DNA from: a virus
Taxonomy: Duplodnaviria; Caudoviricetes
Strand: one strand, 5' to 3'
DNA length: 64,000 nucleotides
IMG/VR virus record: IMGVR_UViG_3300042564_001469
Location: 4,618-68,617 of that record
Under the pieces are notes generated by a model that saw only the letters and a list, made by a program, of their open reading frames with translations, ran no database searches and was not told the DNA's origin. Shown here piece by piece: positions 8,482 to 18,210 of the stretch. A program made the translations under genes and the position numbers. The stretch's first letter is position 1, and each line of letters begins with the position of its first letter.

Positions 8482-11046
8482 TTAGTACATACCATATGCG
8501 GCAACTTTATCACCAGCTTCAGGAGCAGCAACAAAAGTTAATGTTGTACCAGCAACAGTATAATCATCACCAACAACTTGTAACAAACCGTTCAAGTAGA
8601 TTGCTTCAGAACCAGTTCTAACAGCACTTGCAAGTGTAAACTCGTCATTTGTACCATCAACCGTTCCAGTTAAAGCAACTTTCTTGAAGTAGATATTTGT
8701 GAAGTCATCTGCCAAACTTAATTCAGCACTTTCAGCTCTTGCAACTTCAGTTGATAGATTCTCAACGATTTCAGAGAATGAATCAATTTCAGTTACATCA
8801 ATGTTAGAGATTAAGTAAGAAACTTGAGTTGACAATTCCGTAGCGATTGAATCTTCAGCAGCTTCAGCACGAGAAATTTCTGAACTAATTTCAGCCATTA
8901 CATCAACACCATCAACAGTAAGAATACCACCTACTTCAATGTTACCTTCAAAAGTTCTTAAACCTTCAGAACCAGCAACAACAACATCCTTCAATTGGAT
9001 TTTATTCGTTGCAGTATTAAGTTCAATTGTTAATTCATCAGTATCAGCCAAACTTTCAATTTCAGAAGATAAATCAGCAGCTAAAGATGCGTCAGCAGAT
9101 TCTCTAGTTGAAAGTTCATTATTTAAACTAGCCGTCAATTCGTCCATAACTGAAGCGTCACCAGTACTTATATTAGTAGAAAGTTCTTCACCTAATGAAA
9201 TTCTTGCTGAGTTTTGATATGCGTTACTATTAGTAATTACGTCTTCTACTGAAAAATCTCCGTTCTGTCTATTTAGAACCTCAGAAGATAAATCAGCGGT
9301 TAATACCGCTTCAGCACTCATTGCACGAGATTCTTCAGCATCTAAATCAGCACCGAAAGATGTCATTGCAGACAACAATGCGTTATCATTCTCTAAATCA
9401 ATTCCGTTAACGAAATCAACGATTTCAGCGAATTGGTCTAAATCAACATCAGAACCATCAAGGATAACATCAATACGAGACGCTTCAGCAGAAATGTTAG
9501 CAGCCAAAGATTGGTCAGCAGCCAAACGGATTGACGCTTCGTTATCCATAGCAACACCTCTATCAGAAACTTCAGAACTTAAATCAGCAGTTAATACCGC
9601 TTCAGCACTCATTGCTCTTGACTCTTCAGCATCAACATCAGCAGTTCTGTTAGAAACTTCAGCACTTACAGCGTTAGTCAATACTAACTCAGCACTCATT
9701 GCTCTACTTTCTTCAGCATCAACATCAGCAATACGGTTAGAAACTTCAGTAGATAAGTCATTAGTCAATACTAATTCAGCACTCATTGCTCTACTTTCTT
9801 CAGCATTAACATCAGCGATACGGTTAGAAACTTCAGCACTTAAATCATTAGTTAATACTAATTCAGCACTTGTTGCACGAGACTCTTCAGCATTCAAATC
9901 ATTAGTTAATACTAATTCAACACTCATTGCTCTTTCTTTTTCAGCGTCACCTTCAGCACTTAATTCTGCTTCAAAACTCATTGCACGAGATTCTTCAGCA
10001 TCAACATCAGCAGTTCTTTCAGAAATTTCAGTTGATAAAGCAGCCTCAACAGATGCGTTAGCAGTTGACAAGTCAGTAGAAATTTTAGCATCCAAAGAAA
10101 CATCAGCAGACAAACGAGTTGATGCTTCAACAGATACCGCACTCTCACGATTAACAATTTCAGTTGATAAATCAGAAGCTAAAGAAGCATCACCAGATAC
10201 TCTTGCAGAAGCCTCAGCACTTACAGCAACTTCTCTGTTGTAAGTTTCAGTTGACAAATCAGCAACAACAGAAGCATCACCAGAAATTCTAGCAGCCTCC
10301 TCTAAAGATACACCAGCAACTCTATCAACGATTTCAGTTGATAAATCAGACGCTAAAGACTGGTCAGCGGCCAAACGAGTTGATGCTTCAGCAGATGTTG
10401 CGATAGATGCGTTAGTTGCAAGTTCAGTAATAGTACCTTCTAAATCACCATCCATTGATTGAAAAGCATTAACGATTTCTGTTAATGAATCCAAAGCAGC
10501 TGGGTCAGTGTTAGAGATAACGTACTCAATTTTTGTGTTTAATGACTCATCAGCAGCCAAACGAGTTGATGCTTCAGCGTTTAGGTCATTAACCAATGCT
10601 TCATCAGCAGCCTCCATTGCAGCTTCCAAACTTTCATCACCAACAACTCTTAAAGATGCTTCAGCAGTAATGTTGTTTTGTAATGAAGTTTCAGCAACGA
10701 TTGAACGAGATTCTTCAGCGTCAACATCAGCCTCTCTATTAGCAACTTCAGAAGATAAATTTGCAGCAAGTGATTCATCACCAGCAACTCTCAAAGATGC
10801 TTCAGCAGATACAGCAATAGTTCTATCACTGATTTCTGTTGATAATTTAGTATCTACTGATTCATCACCAGAAATACGACTAGAAACTTCACGAGATGTT
10901 TCAGTTGCAATGTTTGTATCGATTGACGTAATAGCCGATTGCAAACCATCAATATCGGCAACAACGATACCAACTGGTGCTGTTATTTGTGCGTTGTCCA
11001 AAATTAAATCGGACTGTCTATTTAATACAATTTTAGTTGTAGACAT
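8482..11046 (-). CDS. long coiled-coil fibre-like virion protein
   Basis: Ala/Ser/Glu-rich 11/18/29-aa periodic repeats (AEESRAMSAELVLTNDLSxEVSNRIADVD); three LDSLTEI-like fibre motifs; C-terminal YLNGLLQ...DYT beta domain. Confidence 0.7.
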   Translation of the reverse strand: MSTTKIVLNRQSDLILDNAQITAPVGIVVADIDGLQSAITSIDTNIATETSREVSSRISGDESVDTKLSTEISDRTIAVSAEASLRVAGDESLAANLSSEVANREADVDAEESRSIVAETSLQNNITAEASLRVVGDESLEAAMEAADEALVNDLNAEASTRLAADESLNTKIEYVISNTDPAALDSLTEIVNAFQSMDGDLEGTITELATNASIATSAEASTRLAADQSLASDLSTEIVDRVAGVSLEEAARISGDASVVADLSTETYNREVAVSAEASARVSGDASLASDLSTEIVNRESAVSVEASTRLSADVSLDAKISTDLSTANASVEAALSTEISERTADVDAEESRAMSFEAELSAEGDAEKERAMSVELVLTNDLNAEESRATSAELVLTNDLSAEVSNRIADVNAEESRAMSAELVLTNDLSTEVSNRIADVDAEESRAMSAELVLTNAVSAEVSNRTADVDAEESRAMSAEAVLTADLSSEVSDRGVAMDNEASIRLAADQSLAANISAEASRIDVILDGSDVDLDQFAEIVDFVNGIDLENDNALLSAMTSFGADLDAEESRAMSAEAVLTADLSSEVLNRQNGDFSVEDVITNSNAYQNSARISLGEELSTNISTGDASVMDELTASLNNELSTRESADASLAADLSSEIESLADTDELTIELNTATNKIQLKDVVVAGSEGLRTFEGNIEVGGILTVDGVDVMAEISSEISRAEAAEDSIATELSTQVSYLISNIDVTEIDSFSEIVENLSTEVARAESAELSLADDFTNIYFKKVALTGTVDGTNDEFTLASAVRTGSEAIYLNGLLQVVGDDYTVAGTTLTFVAAPEAGDKVAAYGMY

Positions 11047-11281
11047 AAAAAAATTATTTTTTTTTGTTTATTATATGTGTTCGTTACACCGATAAAAATC
11101 AATTTGATTTTTTATTTTGACCGATAAATTTAAATACAAATTTAGACCTGATTTAAAGAAACTAAATCACGTAATAATAGACAAATGTAAATAAGATGAT
11201 AAATATAAGATATTAATATATACTGGGTTTAACCAGTTTGTTATATATAAATATCACGAACTTTAGTAAAGTTCAAAAAAA

Positions 11282-11512
11282 TTATAAATTATATATTAAA
11301 TTTTTTAAATTTTTAATAGAATTTGTATAAAGTAATGGTGAACAAGAACCGTCTTCATTTAGGTAATCGTTAATTAACACCATCAAATCATCAGTTTTTT
11401 CAAAAACAAAGATTGCTTTACTTTTATTTTTCTCAACCAACATTTTATTCCCTTTTAATCGTAAAAACGCCGCTAAATATAAATCTGATGTTGTATATTT
11501 TTCTTGTTCCAT
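11282..11512 (-). CDS. small DUF5659-like protein
   Basis: YTTSDLYLAAFLRLKG...AIFVFE pattern. Confidence 0.55.
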   Translation of the reverse strand: MEQEKYTTSDLYLAAFLRLKGNKMLVEKNKSKAIFVFEKTDDLMVLINDYLNEDGSCSPLLYTNSIKNLKNLIYNL

Positions 11513-11577
11513 TTTATTTTTCCTTTTATTAGATAAATATCGTTGTTTCTTAAAAACAACATTTTTTTTTATTTTTT

Positions 11578-12069
11578 TTATGATGTTCTATATGAACATT
11601 TAATTTTCATGCCAATACTCGGTGGGTCATTAAAAATTATTGTGTTATACTCAATTTGGTAGTCATCTTCGTCATCTTGTAATAACCCATTTAAATAGAC
11701 ATGCTCGGATCCTGGTATTGGATTATTGTTTAGAATAAAATTGTTGTTTATACCATCAATAACACCATTCGGTTTTTCTTTGTCAATATGTGTTATTTTT
11801 GATAAATCTAACTCTAACCAATCATCAATATCAAACGACCAGTCGTCCAATCTTTTTAATTTATAGTAAACCTCACCCCCATTTACACCAACAATCATCC
11901 CTGGTCGTCTTCGTTCAACGGAAATTAGATTCAAATCTTCAACCGCTGACACATTTCTCAATCCATCAACACCATATATTGGGTCTATAACTGCATAGGT
12001 ATCTTCTGTATTCATAGGGCTTATAAAACCCATAATACCAATACCACCTATTAGTTCAAAATTTGACAT
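11578..12069 (-). CDS. putative virion protein
   Basis: ERRRPGMIVGV motif; C-terminal domain homologous to that of 8482..11046 (GVIDGINNNF...VYLNGLLQ...DY). Confidence 0.65.
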   Translation of the reverse strand: MSNFELIGGIGIMGFISPMNTEDTYAVIDPIYGVDGLRNVSAVEDLNLISVERRRPGMIVGVNGGEVYYKLKRLDDWSFDIDDWLELDLSKITHIDKEKPNGVIDGINNNFILNNNPIPGSEHVYLNGLLQDDEDDYQIEYNTIIFNDPPSIGMKIKCSYRTS

Positions 12070-12089
12070 TTACATATAATTTTTTTTTA

Positions 12090-15000
12090 TCAATCACAGA
12101 TCCATACATCAACATTTGCTTTTGTTGATACAAAAGATCTATATACATAATATATAATATTTTGTCCGTGAGAATCAATGATTGTTATTTCATCAACTTT
12201 TACGAACGGTATAATAAATCCACTACAACCATCATTACTATTTCTAAATATTGTTGGTTGTTGCATTGTATTTGGTATTAACATATAACAATAACCGTTA
12301 ACTGCCGCGTACATTAAATAATTATTCACAATCTCGTTTGTTTCAACAGTACCCAATAAATTTAAATCATCAACATCAAAATTTTGTTTTAAATATTTAC
12401 CATAATAAACAATTGGTAACACAACAACAGACGTACTTGTTGGTGTTGGTGTGTTTGTCGGTATTGGTGTACTTGTCGGTGTACTTGTTGGTGTTGTGGT
12501 TGGTGTATTAGTCGGTGTTGGGGTTGGAGTTGCCTTACCAGGTTTAACAGGTATCTCATAATGTATTTGTCTAGTCTCAGTAATAACAATTTGTTCATTA
12601 TCAATACCGTGGACATCAATTACTGGTATACCAATATTTGTATCTTCTGTTAATTTATCATAATCTTCATCAATAATGATTTGTTTCGTTATTGATGTTT
12701 GTCCTTGTGGTATTAATACTGTAATATTAATAGGTGCAATCCTATCATCTTCAAACACTAAGTTCTTCACAAAACTAACGGTTGTATCACGAATTACTGG
12801 TGTATTATTTGTTACGACAACATTAGCAATAACACTACCTGATGTTATTGTCACGTCAATTGTAAGGTCTAATTCAAACATTGGTATTGACGGTGTTGGT
12901 GTTGGTGTAACAGTTGGTGTTACACTAGGTGTTGGTGTTGGAAGTTGTGTGGTTGTTGTTGTAACTATCTCAAAAGTGAAATCATCTACCTCACAGAAAT
13001 CATCACCACAATCTGGACAATCTGGATCAAACATCCCAAATTTATTTTTTAAAATATTAAAATTATGTTTAACCTCATCCCCACTTAATGGTTCAACATA
13101 CATTCTAAATTGTGATATTGCACCCTCAAACGTACCCCCAAATTCCTTTTCCAATAAGATATTTGTTGTTAACCCTGAGAATGTTGTCCCGCTTAATGTT
13201 GATGTTGGAAACAATTCTGGGTCTTGTGTGTAACCACTTGTTAATCCAGAACAAGATGAAAATGTTAAATTTTCGTGAAGTCCTTGTGTTCCACCACCCC
13301 AAGAAATGTTAAATGGTACACCTAATTGTTTTTCTTTATCTGTGTTTAACGCTCTCGGTATTACTTCCTCAAAATTCTCTAAGGTATAAATCGGTTTACC
13401 ATTAACATAAATTTTTAACCTACCTAATCTATATTTTTTTTCTTCTAACCATTTTTGATTTAAATTAACAATCTCAATTGTCTCACCAAACTCATTTATA
13501 TGTGTTAATGGTGGTTGTATTAAATTAACGGTGTTATTGGCTAATGAATCCAAAGGTCTTATTTCTGTGATATCCGCAAGACCACCAAAGTATTTTAAGT
13601 CACAATAATCAAAATCGGTATAACGTGACCAAGTAACGTCCACTTGAAACCAATGTTCCAAATCTAACCAAGACGGATTTTCTTTTTGACACCTTGGGTA
13701 AATTGGTGGTGAACAATATTCATCAATTGTGTAACCTGTTAAATATGTTTGTCCTGATGTGCAAGTTCCAGTTGTTTCGCAACCACCAGTAAAACGTAAA
13801 ACTTTAACACCAATTGATGGGTTCTTTGGGTCACCACATAATTTAAACGCAATATTATTTGACATTAAATCAAATAACGGATCTTTTTCACAAGTATCCT
13901 CAATTGATGTAAAACCACTTGTACTACAATCAATACAATCGGTACACGTTTCACAAGTGGTACAACTTGGTGTACAAACGGGTGTTGTGTTTTCACAACT
14001 CGGTGTTGAGGTTGGTACGGGTGTTGGTGTCGGTGTTGGTTCAATAATTACAGGACAATTATGTGTTTGACATTCCCAACCGCAAGTATCACAAGGTGAA
14101 TCACCACATTCACAACCACAAGTTAATTTTTTTTCATTATCACCGTTACAAGTGTTACAACCATAGTTTAAATGGGGGTCGTGTTGGTTGTTTTTTGATC
14201 TTGGTGGATATAAATAAACACATCTACTATTTGTTATGTTTCTATCACAACAAGCACAGGTTTGAACACAACTTGCTAATGGTGTTGTTATTCTTGTGTA
14301 ACCAGTAAAACATTTTGGTGAACCATCCGCATAATGATAAAATTTATTCTCGGCTCTAGTACCCAAATAAAAAAACATATTTTTATTTTGTGGGTATAAC
14401 ATATTTAATGTTGTTTCACCCGAATTTGGTTGATATTCATTTTGTAACCTAGGTTTTAAAACCATTTCAATAGTCCAACCTTTTGTTACCCGTTCAGGTA
14501 ATATTTCATAATCATAACCAAATAATTTATAAAACCCTTGATAAAAACCACCATATAATTCGTGATACCTACCAATTGTTGGATCGTTTTTACTAACAAC
14601 CTCATATAATGTCTGACCAGTTATACCTGAAAATTGTTCATACATTCCAGTGTATCCTGTTACTTGAATCATTTTAAATCTTCTGTCATAATGTAACCTA
14701 TCAAATTTAACAGAATCCTCAAATATACCTTCAGTAAAATTTAACGTTTCTCCTGTCATTTTATTGACTAAACCATTATCAATACCCGTTAAACCAATAT
14801 CACAAACAGTGTCTGCTGTTAAACAATTTAAAACTTCGTTTGTTGGATTATAATAATTTTGGGATACAAAAATATTATTTTGGTTATAATTTTTATAGGT
14901 AAGATTTAAAGGTTGTACGGTCAAAAAATTACCAATATCTATATTAATTGGTAATTTTTTACCATATGTTTGTGCGATAAGGTAAGGTGAGAAAACTACC

Positions 15001-15110
15001 TCCTCACTATAATCTTTTTCATCTGAAGTTAATGACATATCCATACTATCATATTCTAGGTTTAATCTAGATTTTTGATAAGCATATTGATTAATATTCT
15101 GTTGTGCCAT
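12090..15110 (-). CDS. large Cys-rich putative virion protein with LamG-like elements and PT-repeat linkers
   Basis: LKIYVNG and FEGAISQFRMYVEPLSGDEVKHNF (LamG-like); CxxC-dense insert; three (PT)n tracts. Confidence 0.6.
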   Translation of the reverse strand: MAQQNINQYAYQKSRLNLEYDSMDMSLTSDEKDYSEEVVFSPYLIAQTYGKKLPINIDIGNFLTVQPLNLTYKNYNQNNIFVSQNYYNPTNEVLNCLTADTVCDIGLTGIDNGLVNKMTGETLNFTEGIFEDSVKFDRLHYDRRFKMIQVTGYTGMYEQFSGITGQTLYEVVSKNDPTIGRYHELYGGFYQGFYKLFGYDYEILPERVTKGWTIEMVLKPRLQNEYQPNSGETTLNMLYPQNKNMFFYLGTRAENKFYHYADGSPKCFTGYTRITTPLASCVQTCACCDRNITNSRCVYLYPPRSKNNQHDPHLNYGCNTCNGDNEKKLTCGCECGDSPCDTCGWECQTHNCPVIIEPTPTPTPVPTSTPSCENTTPVCTPSCTTCETCTDCIDCSTSGFTSIEDTCEKDPLFDLMSNNIAFKLCGDPKNPSIGVKVLRFTGGCETTGTCTSGQTYLTGYTIDEYCSPPIYPRCQKENPSWLDLEHWFQVDVTWSRYTDFDYCDLKYFGGLADITEIRPLDSLANNTVNLIQPPLTHINEFGETIEIVNLNQKWLEEKKYRLGRLKIYVNGKPIYTLENFEEVIPRALNTDKEKQLGVPFNISWGGGTQGLHENLTFSSCSGLTSGYTQDPELFPTSTLSGTTFSGLTTNILLEKEFGGTFEGAISQFRMYVEPLSGDEVKHNFNILKNKFGMFDPDCPDCGDDFCEVDDFTFEIVTTTTTQLPTPTPSVTPTVTPTPTPSIPMFELDLTIDVTITSGSVIANVVVTNNTPVIRDTTVSFVKNLVFEDDRIAPINITVLIPQGQTSITKQIIIDEDYDKLTEDTNIGIPVIDVHGIDNEQIVITETRQIHYEIPVKPGKATPTPTPTNTPTTTPTSTPTSTPIPTNTPTPTSTSVVVLPIVYYGKYLKQNFDVDDLNLLGTVETNEIVNNYLMYAAVNGYCYMLIPNTMQQPTIFRNSNDGCSGFIIPFVKVDEITIIDSHGQNIIYYVYRSFVSTKANVDVWICD

Positions 15111-15121
15111 TTCTTTTATAG

Positions 15122-15149
15122 ATAAATACTACATATCAAAGTATTTATA
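15122..15149. promoter_or_regulatory. divergent pair of candidate late-promoter motifs
   Basis: TATTTAT on minus (15122-15128) and plus (15142-15148). Confidence 0.6.
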
Positions 15150-15180
15150 TAAAAAAATCAAAAATAGAATTCACGATAAA

Positions 15181-16161
15181 ATGGAAAAGAAAAATTTGAC
15201 ACAACTAAAAAATACTCGCATTGACGAAGTGACTTCGCAAATTAAACAGTATAAAGATACCGCGGTAAAGGAATTTAAGGAAACTAGGTTACTTGTTAAA
15301 CTTATTATTTCGGCAGCAAAACAATATTTAAAAAATAGAAATATTGAGTTAGCTGACGATGAAAAAAAATTCATTAAAGACCAATCAAAAGATGTGTTAA
15401 AATTAATACCAATAATTGTTATCCAGGTATTTCCAGGGTCAACATTAGCAACACCTTTTTTGGTAATGTTAGGTAAGAAATTAGGAATTAAATTAACAAG
15501 TGAATTGCCTGAAAAACACAAAGAAGTTGAAAGTCAAGGTGGTGAACTTGAAGAGTTAGTTGGTCCTGATGGTGCTTTTTTAAATGATTTCACACCGATC
15601 CTTCAACAAAATATGCACCCCCATAAAACAACAGATCAAACTGTTAGAATGACTAGAGTAAGTCAGTTTCCGTTTGTTAGAGTTTATTATGGTGAATCTG
15701 AAGAAAAAGAAGGTAATATTCTTGACGAAGAAGATATGTCAGGTACATTTGGTGATGAAGAAACAGAAAATGATAGTACGTATAGAGAATGTATGGAAAC
15801 AATGGAAGAGTTGGGTGTTAGTGAATTTTCAGAAAGAGATGAGAGATGTAAGACATTTGGTTTTGATAAAAGTTTGGATAAACAATTAATTAATCAAAAA
15901 AAGAATGGTCATTGTAAAAATTGTTTCACAAAAAAAAGATTGACAGAATTGGAAAAAGAAAAAATGGAAACAATGATTGATGAAATTTTATTATCAAAAA
16001 AGAAAAACGATTCAGATATTGTTGACAAAGAAAGTGAGAACGAAAACAACCCTATTGAAAAAATATTAGTTAGGAATTTACAGTCAGTAAAAAAGATTGC
16101 GGATAAAGAGGGGATCAATATAAATAAGTTATTAAAAACGTTAAAAGATAATGAACAGTAA
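15181..16161 (+). CDS. hypothetical protein with LETM1-like N-terminal segment
   Basis: DQSKDVLKLIPIIVIQVFPGSTL resembles LETM1-type helices; rest unassigned. Confidence 0.5.
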   Translation: MEKKNLTQLKNTRIDEVTSQIKQYKDTAVKEFKETRLLVKLIISAAKQYLKNRNIELADDEKKFIKDQSKDVLKLIPIIVIQVFPGSTLATPFLVMLGKKLGIKLTSELPEKHKEVESQGGELEELVGPDGAFLNDFTPILQQNMHPHKTTDQTVRMTRVSQFPFVRVYYGESEEKEGNILDEEDMSGTFGDEETENDSTYRECMETMEELGVSEFSERDERCKTFGFDKSLDKQLINQKKNGHCKNCFTKKRLTELEKEKMETMIDEILLSKKKNDSDIVDKESENENNPIEKILVRNLQSVKKIADKEGININKLLKTLKDNEQ

Positions 16162-16621
16162 TCTATACGATAAACAAATACAAATACCAAAAGAGATTTT
16201 AGATCATCTTTACCTTTGTTTTATTAAAGTACCGAACTCCGACTCAAATAGTGAAGGTCATAATCGTAATTTAGATTTACGAACTAATGGTTATGCAACC
16301 TACCAACAATTAGGTAGAATTAAAAATTACTTTGATAATTATGGTGGTGATAAAACTGACGCAACATATATTTTAAATGGGTCGGACACAATGCTAGCAT
16401 GGGTTAATAACACATTAGAATCGTTGAGAAATGGTGATAAGTTAGATCAAACGATTAAAAAAGAATATGCGAACCAAGAATTGGATCCGAGTTTAACAAA
16501 AGATCTTGGTTGGTTGGCCAATTTACCAAACCAAACAGATCCACATAAAGGACCTATTGATGATTTAAAAATAACAGAAAGTCTAAATAGGATAAACGAA
16601 ATAATAAAAAAAATAATTTAA
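16151..16621 (+). CDS. hypothetical protein
   Basis: Overlap-coupled ORF in operon. Confidence 0.7.
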   Translation: MNSNLYDKQIQIPKEILDHLYLCFIKVPNSDSNSEGHNRNLDLRTNGYATYQQLGRIKNYFDNYGGDKTDATYILNGSDTMLAWVNNTLESLRNGDKLDQTIKKEYANQELDPSLTKDLGWLANLPNQTDPHKGPIDDLKITESLNRINEIIKKII

Positions 16622-16622
16622 G

Positions 16623-16910
16623 ATGCCAGTAAGTGAAAGATTAGATTTTAGTCAACCTATGAATCAATTAGGTGAAGTTGGTGAACAACAAAGAAATAGA
16701 TTGTTCCCAAAAAACGATTATAAACCAACAAATGAATATTCATCAACTAATAAAGACGCGATTGCCGATGGTGATGAAAAAGGTAAAGGTACGGGTTCGT
16801 TTCTTGATACAACCAATGGTGGTTCATCAATTGACAATGTTGAACGAATTAGTGAAATAAAAACTAACCAATACCAAAAAAACAAACCATATACAACACC
16901 TAGTGCATAA
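16623..16910 (+). CDS. hypothetical protein
   Basis: Tightly packed ORF. Confidence 0.7.
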   Translation: MPVSERLDFSQPMNQLGEVGEQQRNRLFPKNDYKPTNEYSSTNKDAIADGDEKGKGTGSFLDTTNGGSSIDNVERISEIKTNQYQKNKPYTTPSA

Positions 16911-17515
16911 TGAAGTTATATAACACATATAAAAACCTTATAGTTGAGGTTGCATCAGTTGATGAAATTGTTAGAACAATCAAACAACGTAAACGTGTTA
17001 TTATTTATTATGATGGTGACGAACCTGGGGGAAAGGGATTAAGGATTGTTGAACCAGTTTGTTATGGTTATAGTAAAGCAGATAATCCTGTGTTACGAGC
17101 GTGGGACGTTGAGGGTGCATCACATAGGGCTTACTTGGGTGAAAAACCATTACCTAGTTGGAGAATGTTTAGGGTTGACAAAATTATAAATTATAAACCG
17201 ACCTTAGAAGACTTTAATGAGGTGCGACCAGGGTATAACCCAAATGGTGACAAAAGTATGACAAGGGTTATTATTAATGCGGTATTTGACCAACAATCAC
17301 CAATATCACAAGATGCGATTATTGATAGAATGATTGATACGTTGTTAGATGAATACAGAGAAAATTATGGTGATAATTTTGATTTATCAAAAGCGGCCGA
17401 TGCCTACAGAAGGATTTACCAAGAAATAGAAAAAGAAACAAATAAAACCCTAAGTAGTGTTGAAAAATCATCATTAAGGTCTATTATTAGTAATAAAATA
17501 TTACAAAAACAATAA
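16910..17515 (+). CDS. WYL-domain protein
   Basis: IIYYDG...RIVEPVCYG...LRAWD...WRMFRVDKI, SH3-like WYL pattern. Confidence 0.72.
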   Translation: MKLYNTYKNLIVEVASVDEIVRTIKQRKRVIIYYDGDEPGGKGLRIVEPVCYGYSKADNPVLRAWDVEGASHRAYLGEKPLPSWRMFRVDKIINYKPTLEDFNEVRPGYNPNGDKSMTRVIINAVFDQQSPISQDAIIDRMIDTLLDEYRENYGDNFDLSKAADAYRRIYQEIEKETNKTLSSVEKSSLRSIISNKILQKQ

Positions 17516-17518
17516 CAT

Positions 17519-18100
17519 ATGAATTCAGAACAAGATTTACTTAATAAATTATTAATCTCCAAAAAAATAATGGAGAAACACAATACAATTGGTAGGGGAC
17601 AAACAGGTAGTTTACCTTCAGCACCAATGGTTGAGGAATTTCAACCAGTAAACGCGACGTATAATTTACCAGATAATCTTATGGAGGAAACAAAACCAAA
17701 GACGTATAGTAGTGAAATACCGAGCGAAGATCGTATTAAAAGTTCAAGATTACCTGACGAAATAAAACGTTTAATGATTGAACATCCAATTGACAAACCT
17801 ACAATGGGTGTTAATACGGGTACTGGGTTAAGTGACGAATTAATTGAGAAGGCATCTAGATTGATGGGTAACAATACAATTAAAGAACAAACATCACAAC
17901 CTCAACCTAGTGTAAAACAAACTGTATTACCACAAACAAATGACATTAAACAAATTGTTAAAGAGACCGTTGAAGAAGTTTTGAGAGAAAACGGATTACT
18001 TGTTGAGTCTGAATCAAAATCAAATGATTTATTTAAATTTAGAGTTGGTCAACATATCTTTGAAGGTAGATTAACAAACGTAAAAAAAGTTGTAAAATAA
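17519..18100 (+). CDS. hypothetical protein
   Basis: Last ORF of operon before a hairpin. Confidence 0.7.
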   Translation: MNSEQDLLNKLLISKKIMEKHNTIGRGQTGSLPSAPMVEEFQPVNATYNLPDNLMEETKPKTYSSEIPSEDRIKSSRLPDEIKRLMIEHPIDKPTMGVNTGTGLSDELIEKASRLMGNNTIKEQTSQPQPSVKQTVLPQTNDIKQIVKETVEEVLRENGLLVESESKSNDLFKFRVGQHIFEGRLTNVKKVVK

Positions 18101-18126
18101 TTTGCGTATCATCAAATTAAAGTAAG

Positions 18127-18158
18127 ATCCTCTCTAAATTTTAGGGGGGATTTTTTTT
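18127..18158 (+). terminator. intrinsic terminator
   Basis: atcctctctaaa/tttagggggat stem (with G-U pairs) followed by a T run. Confidence 0.65.
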
Positions 18159-18210
18159 AATGTTTATTTTTCTTGTTGATTATATTTAAATTTTTATTTA
18201 TAATTAATGT

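Noticed and set aside
9494-11095. Long + strand ORFs (9494..10243, 10508..11095)
   Set aside because: Antisense shadows of the repetitive fibre gene; same for 12676..13233, 49912..50550 and 53678..54205
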